Virus record (IMG/VR): IMGVR_UViG_3300036970_000191 | Source of the DNA: an uncultured virus (IMG/VR IMGVR_UViG_3300036970_000191) | Taxonomy: Duplodnaviria > Heunggongvirae > Uroviricota > Caudoviricetes | Strand: one strand, 5' to 3' | DNA: 64,000 nucleotides | Shown here: positions 27,763 through 37,986 of the stretch, one piece after another | How the letters are laid out: each line of letters starts with the position of its first letter | Numbering within the stretch: the stretch's first letter is position 1 | Program-made: the position numbers and the translations under genes | Notes under the pieces: model-generated | Databases searched by the model: none | Told to the model about the DNA's origin: nothing | Seen by the model: only the letters and a program-made list of their open reading frames with translations

Positions 27763-28358
27763 TGGACGACTTTTATCAAAAGCAACGCGAACGCGAACGC
27801 GAAAAGATCAAAAAGATTTTTTCAGCTATTCTCGAAGAACCCAACCCACGAATCACCGAGGAAGAATTTCAGCGCGACTGGCTACAGTTGTTTATGTCCA
27901 TCCCCAAGGATGAAAACAACCCGGTGCCTATCCTTAAATGGGTGCACGAAGTGAGTCTGAGCCCTTACCGAGCCGTTGACGTGATCCGTGGAGGCCGTAA
28001 GACATTTGAACAAGGACGCCCTACAGTTGAAGGGGGCGAACTGCTGTTTGTCGTACCACCTTTGCTCGACAGCGATGCCATCGAGATTTCGCAGAACAAC
28101 CACGGTTTCTTTGAACTCATTATGGAGTACAAGGACCGCGCCAAACACCATGGCAGTGAAGGGGAGCGGTTTTTCCAATCCCAGATCGAACCGTTGTTCA
28201 AAAAGAGCAAGAACGCCAGAACCTTTCAGGACGAGATGAACAAAATCGCTGTAGGTTACGGCTACCCACCGATTGGAGTCAACGCGAACGATGGATCTAC
28301 TGCACCACAAACCCAAGAGCAGCAAGAAGTCACGATCACCCGTCGAGCAGACTTTTAA
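27759..28358 (+). CDS. Conserved phiKZ-like protein
   Basis: ITEEEF...WL.LF, W......PY..VDV and LFVVPPL motifs. Confidence 0.7.
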   Translation: MMDDFYQKQREREREKIKKIFSAILEEPNPRITEEEFQRDWLQLFMSIPKDENNPVPILKWVHEVSLSPYRAVDVIRGGRKTFEQGRPTVEGGELLFVVPPLLDSDAIEISQNNHGFFELIMEYKDRAKHHGSEGERFFQSQIEPLFKKSKNARTFQDEMNKIAVGYGYPPIGVNANDGSTAPQTQEQQEVTITRRADF

Positions 28359-29475
28359 GCGAAAGATTAAAATCGTTGCCACTTCAGATCAACACACCGG
28401 ACACAACAGCACACCGACCTTCAAAGTGCTTGCCGCATTGGACGGCGCTTATCGGGAAAGCGTGCTGATTGAAACAGACATCGCCGTGCTCAGCGGCGAT
28501 TTCTTTGACCATGATCTGAGCATGGCTCAGCCCGAAGTAGACCTGATCTACAATTGGATTTTTCGCTTCCTGACCCAATGCGCTTTACACCAGGTTAAGG
28601 TGAGGGTGCTTGAGGGCACACCATCACACGATGCCAAGCAGCCCAGGTGGTTTGTTGAAATCGCGCAGAGCCACAAAATCCCAGTGGATTTAAAGTACAT
28701 GAGTTCGCTTGAGATCGAGTATCTACCCGATTACGACATGACGATACTCTACATTCCCGATGAGTATCGTCCCCGCTGCGAAGACACCAAGCAGGAAGTC
28801 ATTGAACTGATGGCGACCAAGGGCCTTGAACAGGTGGACATGGCGGTCATGCACGGCTGCTTCCCCCACCAGTTTCCAAAGTTCCTGCATTCACAAATCG
28901 ACTCGCATGATCCCGACTTCTATCTGTCGATCGTCCGGCAGTATATCGTCATTGGCCACGTTCACACGTTTAGCCAGTATCGGCGCATACTCGCGCCAGG
29001 TTCGATTGAAAGGACGTCTCATGGTCAGGAAGAGCCAAAAGGACATCTCGTACTTGATCTTGATCTTGATCTTGATCACCCCAAGCGTTCAAAGGTTGAG
29101 TTCATCGAGAATCGACTGGCGATGCGCTACGTCACGTTTAACCTCAATGACGAATCGGTCGTTCAACACCATTATCGCTTAAACGCGCTTTTAAACGACT
29201 TGCCTGCAGGCAGTTATGTTCGTTTGCGTGGTAGCGTGAATCATCCATTCGCAGCGTCTTTAAAGGAACTAAAAGACACTCACTCACTATTTGTCTGGAG
29301 CTTCAAGAAAGAGGATGAGGAAAACAAAGTCCAGGAACTCACCCTAGACAGCGTAAAGGAGGAACTCAAAGCTCTTCCATCCATCACCCCAGACAACCTC
29401 TTTGAATTGATCGCTCAGCGGGTCAACCACGACCCCAAAGTCCTCGAGATCCTAAAGGAGTGCATGAATGTCTAG
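28291..29475 (+). CDS. sbcD: SbcD/Mre11-like metallophosphoesterase nuclease (gp65-like); start uncertain
   Basis: SDQH, GDFFD, LEGTPSHD, MHG, GHVH, PGS and E..KG motifs. Confidence 0.85.
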   Translation: MDLLHHKPKSSKKSRSPVEQTFKRKIKIVATSDQHTGHNSTPTFKVLAALDGAYRESVLIETDIAVLSGDFFDHDLSMAQPEVDLIYNWIFRFLTQCALHQVKVRVLEGTPSHDAKQPRWFVEIAQSHKIPVDLKYMSSLEIEYLPDYDMTILYIPDEYRPRCEDTKQEVIELMATKGLEQVDMAVMHGCFPHQFPKFLHSQIDSHDPDFYLSIVRQYIVIGHVHTFSQYRRILAPGSIERTSHGQEEPKGHLVLDLDLDLDHPKRSKVEFIENRLAMRYVTFNLNDESVVQHHYRLNALLNDLPAGSYVRLRGSVNHPFAASLKELKDTHSLFVWSFKKEDEENKVQELTLDSVKEELKALPSITPDNLFELIAQRVNHDPKVLEILKECMNV

Positions 29476-30316
29476 TCGTGCCTTGGCGCAACGGGAGGTG
29501 GGGCAATACCCCCTCTCGATTGCCACCAGTCTGGCGTTAGAGGGTGCGTTTGGCGTACACCCAGACCACCCCACAGAAACGCAAGCCATAAAGGAGTACA
29601 AGGAGATCTGGATCAATTGCAGGACCCTTGTACGTAACATCGATGGTGCCATCCACCGTGACGAGAAGCAGCGTCCAAAAGTCAGCGACTATTACCATTG
29701 CCTGGTCTCTGAGATGACGATCATCCGTAACCACCTAAAGACTTCGTTAACCGATTTTAACACGGTCTTTTATGTGATGTCGTACAAATCGCTACCTCAC
29801 TTTTGGCCACACGCGGTCTTTAAAGAAACCATCACGGAAAATCAACGCGAGTATGCGGAACTTGAAAACGCGGTCATGACCATGCTCCACGAAGACCACC
29901 TCAAGGAGCGACATGGTGACATGGACATCGTCTTCTACGACACGCACATCAACCGTGTTCAGGAGAAAGCAATAGCATTAACGCATTTTCCCATTGATCT
30001 ATTGCTCACGGTCGCTTGTCGGTTTGAAGCCCTGCTCGAATCCCACACGGGTAAACTCAAAACGCCGCTTGAATGGAACACCAAACTCAAGGATGGTCGA
30101 GACCACCCAAGGATTCCTTTTGACCGCTGCATGCTGCAAATCTTCGGAGACAGCTCGGGCATTATCAAGCCACAGAAGCTGGACATCCGAAAAAAGATCC
30201 TTGAGATCGCTGAGAAAAACAAGTGGAACGCCGGTACGACCAAAGACCGTGTCTTGCTGTGCGTTAAACTTGCCAAAGAGCCTGTGTTGTATGACCTGGT
30301 TCGTCGCCTCTATTGA
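29468..30316 (+). CDS. phiKZ gp66-like conserved protein (possible nuclease fold)
   Basis: R..G.YP.SIATSLA.E, IWIN.RTL.RN, TH.P.DLL and LLESHTG motifs. Confidence 0.7.
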   Translation: MSSRALAQREVGQYPLSIATSLALEGAFGVHPDHPTETQAIKEYKEIWINCRTLVRNIDGAIHRDEKQRPKVSDYYHCLVSEMTIIRNHLKTSLTDFNTVFYVMSYKSLPHFWPHAVFKETITENQREYAELENAVMTMLHEDHLKERHGDMDIVFYDTHINRVQEKAIALTHFPIDLLLTVACRFEALLESHTGKLKTPLEWNTKLKDGRDHPRIPFDRCMLQIFGDSSGIIKPQKLDIRKKILEIAEKNKWNAGTTKDRVLLCVKLAKEPVLYDLVRRLY

Positions 30317-30370
30317 GGTTGTTTTTTACACCGTTAACCCATTGTTTGTGATTTAAGGAAGGTGACCCAC

Positions 30371-31090
30371 ATGTCCACTAAACGAAACGTGTCCGTACTG
30401 GACAACCAGGCTTATCAACTCCAGGCAGAAGTCATGCGTGGGGGAAAATTCAACCCAACCTTGCGTGTGCGTGCCCGAGCAAAAGCTTACAACGGCTACG
30501 TCAACGATTCGTGGTACGAACTTGTTGCCCGTACTGGCATTGAACACGACAAGAACCACGGTAACATCATTGCCGAAATCCACCCAAGGACCTTTCGGGG
30601 TCTGCTGGCAGCGATTCGTAAACTTGCCAGTAACCCAGGCCTTGATGAAAAGTACACCGTCACCAACGCAAACTTTGTCTTCCTGGGTGGAAAGCGTTCT
30701 GAGAAACAACGCATCACCTCCAAAGTTGGTGTGGGTCGAAACGACAAAGGCGTCCTTGGCATCATGATCATCGACATGCTTGATGACACCCGTCCCAAGA
30801 TCCACTTCCCCTTTGGTTACAACCCCACTGCCCGTGGCCGTTATAGCCTGCTGCTAAAGGGTGGTAACGAAGACGCCGTTGAAAGCTCAAACCTGGGTGC
30901 ATTGGGTTGGGTTGACATGATCGAAGATCAATTGAACATCGAGATGGAAAAAGCCCATCACTACGCCCTTGAAAATGCCAAAGACGGAGATCGTTCTGCT
31001 GGCAATCAGAACAAGCGCCGCGATGATGACGACAGTTCCTACGAACGCGTCTCAAGCGAAGTGGCCGCAGACGAAGACCTGCCGTTTTAA
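30371..31090 (+). CDS. chmC: ChmC-position protein (gp67-like), putative nucleic-acid-binding
   Basis: Directly upstream of the gp68-like gene; basic beta-rich body with an acidic tail ending DEDLPF. Assigned by synteny. Confidence 0.55.
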   Translation: MSTKRNVSVLDNQAYQLQAEVMRGGKFNPTLRVRARAKAYNGYVNDSWYELVARTGIEHDKNHGNIIAEIHPRTFRGLLAAIRKLASNPGLDEKYTVTNANFVFLGGKRSEKQRITSKVGVGRNDKGVLGIMIIDMLDDTRPKIHFPFGYNPTARGRYSLLLKGGNEDAVESSNLGALGWVDMIEDQLNIEMEKAHHYALENAKDGDRSAGNQNKRRDDDDSSYERVSSEVAADEDLPF

Positions 31091-31195
31091 TCAGATACTT
31101 TCATGATCAGAACCGTGTACCCACCAAGGGTACACGGTACTTGACTTTTTATTGGTTATACACCATCTAGGTGTACATGTGACAGGAGAGGACAC

Positions 31196-32728
31196 ATGAG
31201 GTTTAAATACAACGAGGGTGACGAAAAGGTTATTGTAGAGCATCGCGGCGATATCCTGATCTTCGTACTCACCGCTTCGTTTAAGAAAACCGACCATGTT
31301 AGGCTCGGAGAACCTTACCGCGATCTGAACAAATGGTTTTCAGAGCAAACCCAGGAGATTCAACAGGCGTTATTCGACGTCTACCGAAAAATCTCATTGG
31401 CCTATACAGAGGTGGCCAACCCAAACGCATTGGCTGAACTGATTCATGTTCAGGTGCAAGAGCTTTACCGTTACGTGACATACGAGAGCATCTCCAGTTA
31501 CGTGGACCGTACACCGCTGACAGCGCCGCCTGACTTGAAGACCGCGCACAGTCCAAACGACCGTACCCCGGCCAGAACCTATCTGGTCAAGGATTACTGG
31601 GAGTTGGTTAAACTGGCTTTGGCCCTGCGCGCAGCCCTTCCAATCTTCTCAAGGTACATCGACATTGTTTCTCGTATTTCCGGGATACAGTTTAAGGAGC
31701 GCGAAGCGGCTTTGCTTCTTGAAGGCACCTGGATCATGACCTCTGAAGCGGTTGAGCGATTACGTGTGTTCATCGCCCACTTGGCCCCGGTGGACGATCT
31801 CCCCCCAACCGCCATTCATGGCGGCATGTCCAAGGGGATATTTCCTGAATGGATGCTCGCCATGACATTGATCCGTCGGGTTGCTGTCGGAGAGATCGAC
31901 AGCTCCTTGGACAAGGGTAGCCTGGTTGCCAATGTCTACGGGTACATTGGTACCACGTACAAAGGCATGTTGACTCGGTTTGGCGGTCAGATCGGTAACT
32001 CCTCAAAGACTTCCGATTACAACACCGACGACAACAGTCTGTTCCTGCGGTCAAGGGTCAAGCAGGACACGGCAACCGTGGACATGGTTGCGGTCGAGGT
32101 AAGTCTTGAGAACGCGCTGGCCTCAGCGCAGATGATCGATCCGGAGATAACCATCCACGACCTACTGCCCTTTGAGAACACCGCCGCCGTATTCCCCCCA
32201 GGCACGATTGGGGAGTTTCATGTGGCGATTTGCAGTTGGGTGTTTAACCCAATTGTACCGGGCCTGTTGATGAGAACCATCAAACAACAGGACCTTCTAC
32301 CCAGAGCAATCATCACGGCCACTCGGGCATTGCTCTGGAAATGGGGACACCATGAATTGTCGTTGCTGCTCTCAGCGCCCTTTAAGGAACAAGACGATTC
32401 TTACTACTGGGGCTTTGTGTCTAGTTCGCCAAGGTTCCCAAGTGATCTGTCGGAAAAGATTCGTCAGGCGGTACCCTTTAACGCCAAGAAACCAATCCCA
32501 GATCGAAACAAGAAAAAGAAAACCAGTCGGGAAGTCAATTATGCTTACGACGCCATCGCCAACGTCAAAGACACGGTACCCATGGGTCTTTGGCAGGTGA
32601 AGGTACCCGATGGGTTTTCTCGCCCTGAGTACGTCGACATCAACGGGAACATGTCGACCCCACCGACCATCCATCGGTTACTCGCCCAACTGTTCCTGGA
32701 CATTGCCAAACGGAGTGAATCACAATGA
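31196..32728 (+). CDS. Non-virion RNAP promoter-specificity subunit (gp68-like)
   Basis: 510 aa; RTYL..DY.ELV.LAL.LRA..PI; synteny. Confidence 0.75.
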   Translation: MRFKYNEGDEKVIVEHRGDILIFVLTASFKKTDHVRLGEPYRDLNKWFSEQTQEIQQALFDVYRKISLAYTEVANPNALAELIHVQVQELYRYVTYESISSYVDRTPLTAPPDLKTAHSPNDRTPARTYLVKDYWELVKLALALRAALPIFSRYIDIVSRISGIQFKEREAALLLEGTWIMTSEAVERLRVFIAHLAPVDDLPPTAIHGGMSKGIFPEWMLAMTLIRRVAVGEIDSSLDKGSLVANVYGYIGTTYKGMLTRFGGQIGNSSKTSDYNTDDNSLFLRSRVKQDTATVDMVAVEVSLENALASAQMIDPEITIHDLLPFENTAAVFPPGTIGEFHVAICSWVFNPIVPGLLMRTIKQQDLLPRAIITATRALLWKWGHHELSLLLSAPFKEQDDSYYWGFVSSSPRFPSDLSEKIRQAVPFNAKKPIPDRNKKKKTSREVNYAYDAIANVKDTVPMGLWQVKVPDGFSRPEYVDINGNMSTPPTIHRLLAQLFLDIAKRSESQ

Positions 32729-34209
32729 GTCGTTTCCAGATCAAGAATTTCGTGATGCTGCAGGTGCCTCCCAGCATCCCCATGCACACCAGACCCTACG
32801 AAGCACGCGGTAATGGGTCGGCTCTGGACAGTCTCTACCAGACCATGGACGAGAGAACTGCCCGCGCACAAACCGTGACCGCTGGTGACCTGGCTGGATT
32901 CGCCAGCCAAATTCTGTCCCCATCAGCCCGACCCGAACGTGAGGTCTGGGTCCCCAATGGCTGGAATGAAAAGCGGTTTCGCTTCCTGCTCGAAGTTGAA
33001 TGTATCTCTGAATCGGGTACACTCAGCTATGTCATCACCGGGTACACCAGTAACGCTGAAATCTCCTATTCGGGCATCATTTCCCCCGAGATGGACCTTT
33101 TCTTCAACAACCTCATGATCTTCCGCTACGTGAATATCAATGACCCGCGTAGCGGTCAGTTCATTCGGGTCAAGAAACTGATGAGCTGCAACCAGATCAT
33201 TGTTTCCCGTGATGACTATCAGAACTACGATGGGCGGGCTCCGCTAAGCCGTCTGTCTCGCCCCAACTACAAACTCTCAATGACCCCAGCCAATGTACTG
33301 GGTCTACTGGAGGTGAAGAACAGTTCTTTTCCTGTACTTGACACTCGCGCTTGGGCAGGTGCAGGCACCGGTGTCACCCTGGTCAACCGTCGAAACAACC
33401 TTGCCAGCTTCTACCTGGCACAAACGGCACAGTCGCTGTACACGGGTGTTGCGGACACCCAGTATCATTCGAATGGCTATAATGACGAAGATCAACGCGA
33501 GCGCCAAATCTTCTCAAGGGCGCGTGAGGCGGCTCAGCGTTTTGAACCCAATCCCTGCGAAGACCATTTCCTGCTTGCACTGTCTCGAACAGACTATGCA
33601 GATCGTGGCTACGTCTCCTTTGCAGCCATGACCGAGGTCTTTGGTCGGGACTTTGACACTTGCTGTAATGTCGTCATGGGCGAAACTTTCATGACTGGCT
33701 CTAGCGGCATGACCGCGCATGAGATTCGTTTCGGATCACATGACGTGGTGAGCTGGGACAGTCAATTGAAAGAAACGGAGATCGCCAGTTATTTGGCACA
33801 GGCTGTACCGACCATGATGATCGAGTGCCTGATGGCGCAAGTCACCTTCAATGCAACCAACATGGTGCATGAGTTCGGTATCTCGGGTTGTCGTAGTCAA
33901 ATCGAAGTCGTCGACTCAAAAATGTTGCTTGCAGACATTGACGACGTTGCGCTGATCCAGATGTTCGCTGACCGCTTCATTGATTACATCGCCAATGACA
34001 TCAGTTACAACGATCGCATCGGATACAGTCTTTCGATGTCGGTTGAAATGGCTGGTGAAACGCGCATCAGCATTCAGCTTGAAGGTGGTCACGAGTACCA
34101 TTACTACACCCCTTCTTATTGCGACAACCTCTTCCCACCCACGTTAACCACTGAGAGCGATCGTCTGGATAATCTTGCCCAGGACATCAGTCGTCTCGTG
34201 AGAATTTAA
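32725..34209 (+). CDS. picA: PicA/Imp1 nuclear import factor (gp69-like)
   Basis: RPY, PNGW.E.RFRF.LEV, ITGYT and P.YCD.L..P motifs; follows the gp68-like gene. Confidence 0.7.
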   Translation: MSRFQIKNFVMLQVPPSIPMHTRPYEARGNGSALDSLYQTMDERTARAQTVTAGDLAGFASQILSPSARPEREVWVPNGWNEKRFRFLLEVECISESGTLSYVITGYTSNAEISYSGIISPEMDLFFNNLMIFRYVNINDPRSGQFIRVKKLMSCNQIIVSRDDYQNYDGRAPLSRLSRPNYKLSMTPANVLGLLEVKNSSFPVLDTRAWAGAGTGVTLVNRRNNLASFYLAQTAQSLYTGVADTQYHSNGYNDEDQRERQIFSRAREAAQRFEPNPCEDHFLLALSRTDYADRGYVSFAAMTEVFGRDFDTCCNVVMGETFMTGSSGMTAHEIRFGSHDVVSWDSQLKETEIASYLAQAVPTMMIECLMAQVTFNATNMVHEFGISGCRSQIEVVDSKMLLADIDDVALIQMFADRFIDYIANDISYNDRIGYSLSMSVEMAGETRISIQLEGGHEYHYYTPSYCDNLFPPTLTTESDRLDNLAQDISRLVRI

Positions 34210-34222
34210 GGAGTAACCACCC

Positions 34223-35437
34223 ATGAATGAACTGCTTGACTTTTACCGCAAATTTCTTGAGGACGGCCTGGGTCGCGTCATCGACGAAGACTACACCGTC
34301 AACCTGGTGGCCCAGGGAAAGGATGACCCGAAAAAGGTCATTGTGCGCCCGGACACCATCAAGGTAAAACGACTGGTCCTTCCCGTCGAAAAACTCCTGC
34401 GCGGAAACACCGCCAGTTGGGAGGGATACATTGCGTTCCATCCACTGTGCGAATCTCTGGCCCGTGGGGAAAGTCCCGTACTGCAATGGACCAAGGAGAC
34501 CGTGGTCAAACGCCTCAACATGATCGTGGGCATTTGTCTCTTGGAACTTGCACAGATCGCTGCCTCCAGCGACAAAGAACTGTCCCCGGACATGGCACGC
34601 GTACTCTTGCCACTTAAGGACATGAAAGCTGACTCTCCCGAACATTTCTCGGAAGTCATCGCCAAGGCCATCCAGGCCAGTCCGTCGGCGCTGGTCAACA
34701 TCTACCTCAAGCGAGATGGAAAAATCGGCGACCAGAACTATCGCCGTGTGGCCACCGTGAGCTTCCCGTTGCTTGAGAAACTCATGGGCAATGACGAGAA
34801 GGTCCATGGCGTCAAGTTGCGTAAAGCCGACCGCAAGAACCTCATCGAGTTGTACAAGATCGTGTTCCCCAAAGCGGATGTCGAACACAGCTATTCCACA
34901 GGGAGTAACAATGACGTAGCGCCGTATTTCACGGCACTGATCACCGCCTTTGAGATGCTGATTCGTTCGACCAACGCGATCATCGACACGTTCTCAACCG
35001 TCAGCCTGGACCTCGCGGCTCGTCGAGTCGACATCGGTTTCATGGACCTGTATCAGGCAGCTTGCCACAAATACATGTCCATTCCTCAACTTGAAGGAAA
35101 TGTCGGCGACACCGATACCCCAGTGGCTGAGGGAACTCGCATCAATCGAGATGTTCGCGTGGATCAAAAGGAGTCGGAAAAATCTCCGTCGCTCTTGGAC
35201 CGACTCTCCGATCGTAACCATGGCAGTCGCTTTGGCGGTAGCCGCTTTGGGGATCGTGAAGAAGGTGGTCGTTTCGGAGGAGGTCGCTTTGGCGGTGGCC
35301 GCTTTGGCGGCGGGAACACCAGTCGCTTCCCTTCACGCTTTCAAGACGAAGACCGCACGGCAACCTACGCCAGTGGAGATTCTCCTTCCGGTCGATTCGG
35401 TGGTCGATTCGGTGGCGGTGGTCGCTTTAACCGCTAA
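34223..35437 (+). CDS. gp70-like protein with an RFGG-repeat C-tail
   Basis: RLVLP, FHPLCE...RGES.V and YS.GS...VAPYF motifs; low-complexity tail. Confidence 0.75.
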   Translation: MNELLDFYRKFLEDGLGRVIDEDYTVNLVAQGKDDPKKVIVRPDTIKVKRLVLPVEKLLRGNTASWEGYIAFHPLCESLARGESPVLQWTKETVVKRLNMIVGICLLELAQIAASSDKELSPDMARVLLPLKDMKADSPEHFSEVIAKAIQASPSALVNIYLKRDGKIGDQNYRRVATVSFPLLEKLMGNDEKVHGVKLRKADRKNLIELYKIVFPKADVEHSYSTGSNNDVAPYFTALITAFEMLIRSTNAIIDTFSTVSLDLAARRVDIGFMDLYQAACHKYMSIPQLEGNVGDTDTPVAEGTRINRDVRVDQKESEKSPSLLDRLSDRNHGSRFGGSRFGDREEGGRFGGGRFGGGRFGGGNTSRFPSRFQDEDRTATYASGDSPSGRFGGRFGGGGRFNR

Positions 35438-35451
35438 ACATTAACCTCACA

Positions 35452-35492
35452 GGTGCTGACCCCTACACGGAGTCAGCACCCATTCTTTTTTT
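35452..35492. terminator. Terminator between convergent genes
   Basis: GGTGCTGAC/GTCAGCACC stem followed by a T tract. Confidence 0.7.
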
Positions 35493-35829
35493 ATCTCGAT
35501 GTGGTCCTAAAGCCAGTTGCAAATTCATCCATCTGCGGATTGTCGACCATGAGGATCTGGTTCTTTAACCCATCATACATCAACGGATCTTCAATGCCAT
35601 TGATGTAGGCGATGAAGTAATGGTATTGATCAGGCACCTTCATGTGCGACAACAGACCAAAGAAGTCCCCAGTGTAACGAAGTGCCGTGGTCGGTTCAAC
35701 CGAAAACGTTGCCACTTCATTCTGATTGGCAATGTGTGCATTGTTTGCCACCATTGCACGTCTAAAGGTCGGTAAATTGAACACGGTGGGCGTGTTGTCA
35801 AGAACCCGATCGGCAAGTAGTGTAGCCAT
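35491..35829 (-). CDS. Small conserved protein, possibly T4 gp53/LysM-like baseplate subunit
   Basis: RY.GDF.GLL....VP...H.....ING...P; GAGG RBS. Confidence 0.55.
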   Translation of the reverse strand: MATLLADRVLDNTPTVFNLPTFRRAMVANNAHIANQNEVATFSVEPTTALRYTGDFFGLLSHMKVPDQYHYFIAYINGIEDPLMYDGLKNQILMVDNPQMDEFATGFRTTSR

Positions 35830-35892
35830 ATTGACCTCAGTGTTTTTTGGATTACATACTATCACATTGAACCCATTGGCAGGAGCTTTACC

Positions 35893-37986
35893 ATGGACGA
35901 TAAACCGTCATCCATACTCGACAGTGAATACCAGATCCACCCCAAGTTGACTGGTGTCATGGGACTTAACCCACTGCTTCGTGAGTCATCGGCCCCACGG
36001 CTATACATGTTCTTTGGCCAGCTTAGCCAAGCCATGACCACCAAGGGCGTTACACCAAACATGTTCTCAACATTTGCTGAGGATGAGTTTGGTAAATACA
36101 CCTTCTCGGTCAAAATGCCGCATCGCGGTGAAGTGTACCGGGTCATTCGAAAATACCCAACCACGGACTATGGCTCAAAGAGCGTTCAGTCACCGCTGAC
36201 GCTTGCCATCTACCAGAACCTTGAAAGTGATATTCGTGAATTTGATGTTCTGGAATTGCCGCTGTATCACACCATGCACCAACACTTTGGCTACAGCTTT
36301 GTGGGTCGCGAAGCGCTTAACCGGATTCGTCCACAAGGCGTATTGCGCAAAGGCGAAGAGGTGCTGGGTTGTCCTGGGGTCTGGGAAGATGGCACGTTCT
36401 GCTATGGCACCGAAACCAACCTGGCTTTGATGACGCTGCCCGATGTCATTGAGGACGGGGCTTTGGTGTCTGAAGAATGGCTTGAAACCCAGCAGGTGGA
36501 GTGCTTTGGTAAACGGGTCATTCGTTTTGGCCGTGATGAGATCCCGATGAACATTTACGGGGATGATCGAAACTACAAAATCATTCCTGACATCGGCGAT
36601 CGTATTCATGAAGATGGCCTTTTGTTTGCCAGTCGAAAGGTGGACCCGTTGTTGGCGTGCGTACAATTGCTGCCACGTAATCTAAGGCACGATCGTATTC
36701 TTCCAACCGATCGACTGACTTACGCCATCCCAAATGCCGAGGTCGTCAATGTCACGGTGTTAAAGGGCCGTGGTAACACACCCTCTATACCAGAGGAAAT
36801 GGAAACCCAGCTTCGCCGTTATTACGACAAAGCCCGTGATTTCTACAAACAGATTTACGACACGGAGATCGATCTATACCGAAACTTTGGCAACAAGATC
36901 CGCTTCACACCAGCACTGCATCGTTTGTTTGTTGATGCCAGGGCTTATCTGGAAACCTACAATGGTACCAGTAATGTTGAACCCCGCTACGGTAAACTCA
37001 AGGTCAATGACTGGCTTGTGGTGGTGGATTATCGCTACAAACTCACGCCAGACATTGGCTGGAAGATTTCCGACTCCCAAGGGGCCAAAGCGGTTATCGT
37101 GGCCAAACGACCCAGAAGGGAAATGCCTACGGACATGCACGGCAATGTGGCTGACGTCGTGATGGACCCAAACTCCACCGTGAAGCGAAGCAACGTGGGT
37201 CGGACCACGGAGCAATGGATCAAAGCATCGCTGATCTATCATGGCAATGTCATTCGTGGCATGCTAAGCGAAGGCAAAGATGAAGAAGCCTGGGAGTACC
37301 TGCTTGGGTACATGAAGATTCTTTCTCCAGCGCACCATCGCCTACTGCTTAATCCGGAATTGGACAAAAAGCACGAGTTGTCCAAGATCCGTCGCAGAGG
37401 CATTCGTTGCTATGCCCCAACCGACAATCCAGTCGCTTACTACCAGGCCATCGATCAACTGGAGAAAGAAGGCTATGGACTGCCCATTGGTCCAGTCAGT
37501 TACGTGGGCAACAGCGGTAACCGCGTCACCACCAAACAGGAGATTGTGATCGGTCCCGTCTACATGTATCTGCTGGAGAAAGATGCGAGGACATGGGCTG
37601 CCGTCACCAGTGCCAGACTTCATCCAAGCTACGGCACACCAACCAAACTGGGCGCTTCAGATAAACACCGTTCGCCTGGTAAAGAGAGCGCCACCAAGAC
37701 ACTGGGTGAAACCGAAGAACGTCTGTATTACGCAGCGTGCGGTGGCTATGCCGTGTCTCAGGTGATCGAGCGTTCAAACAACCCCTTGGCTCATCGCAGT
37801 GCGGTTCGAAACGTACTCAAGAGCAAACACCCCACCGACATTGTGGACAGCGTCAATTGGAACGAAGTTCCGGTGACTGGTGGACGACCCCTACAATTCT
37901 TGACCCACATGTACAACTGCATGGGTATTGGTTTTGAAATCCCCGAGGAGAACCGTCGTGTCGACTTCTTACCCCCAGGCTACTGA
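35893..37986 (+). CDS. Non-virion RNAP beta C-terminal subunit (gp71-73-like), intron-less
   Basis: SA.R.YMF..Q, IEDG, G.KISD.QG.K, AD.VMDP....KR.N.GR, Y...L.K and GETE motifs. Confidence 0.9.
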   Translation: MDDKPSSILDSEYQIHPKLTGVMGLNPLLRESSAPRLYMFFGQLSQAMTTKGVTPNMFSTFAEDEFGKYTFSVKMPHRGEVYRVIRKYPTTDYGSKSVQSPLTLAIYQNLESDIREFDVLELPLYHTMHQHFGYSFVGREALNRIRPQGVLRKGEEVLGCPGVWEDGTFCYGTETNLALMTLPDVIEDGALVSEEWLETQQVECFGKRVIRFGRDEIPMNIYGDDRNYKIIPDIGDRIHEDGLLFASRKVDPLLACVQLLPRNLRHDRILPTDRLTYAIPNAEVVNVTVLKGRGNTPSIPEEMETQLRRYYDKARDFYKQIYDTEIDLYRNFGNKIRFTPALHRLFVDARAYLETYNGTSNVEPRYGKLKVNDWLVVVDYRYKLTPDIGWKISDSQGAKAVIVAKRPRREMPTDMHGNVADVVMDPNSTVKRSNVGRTTEQWIKASLIYHGNVIRGMLSEGKDEEAWEYLLGYMKILSPAHHRLLLNPELDKKHELSKIRRRGIRCYAPTDNPVAYYQAIDQLEKEGYGLPIGPVSYVGNSGNRVTTKQEIVIGPVYMYLLEKDARTWAAVTSARLHPSYGTPTKLGASDKHRSPGKESATKTLGETEERLYYAACGGYAVSQVIERSNNPLAHRSAVRNVLKSKHPTDIVDSVNWNEVPVTGGRPLQFLTHMYNCMGIGFEIPEENRRVDFLPPGY

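Noticed and set aside
29053..29076. (CTTGAT)4 microsatellite in the SbcD-like gene
   Set aside because: An in-frame 6-nt unit giving LDLDLDLD in a loop; it cannot cause phase variation.
35893..37986. Intron in the nvRNAP beta subunit, as in phiKZ gp71-73
   Set aside because: The ORF is continuous here.
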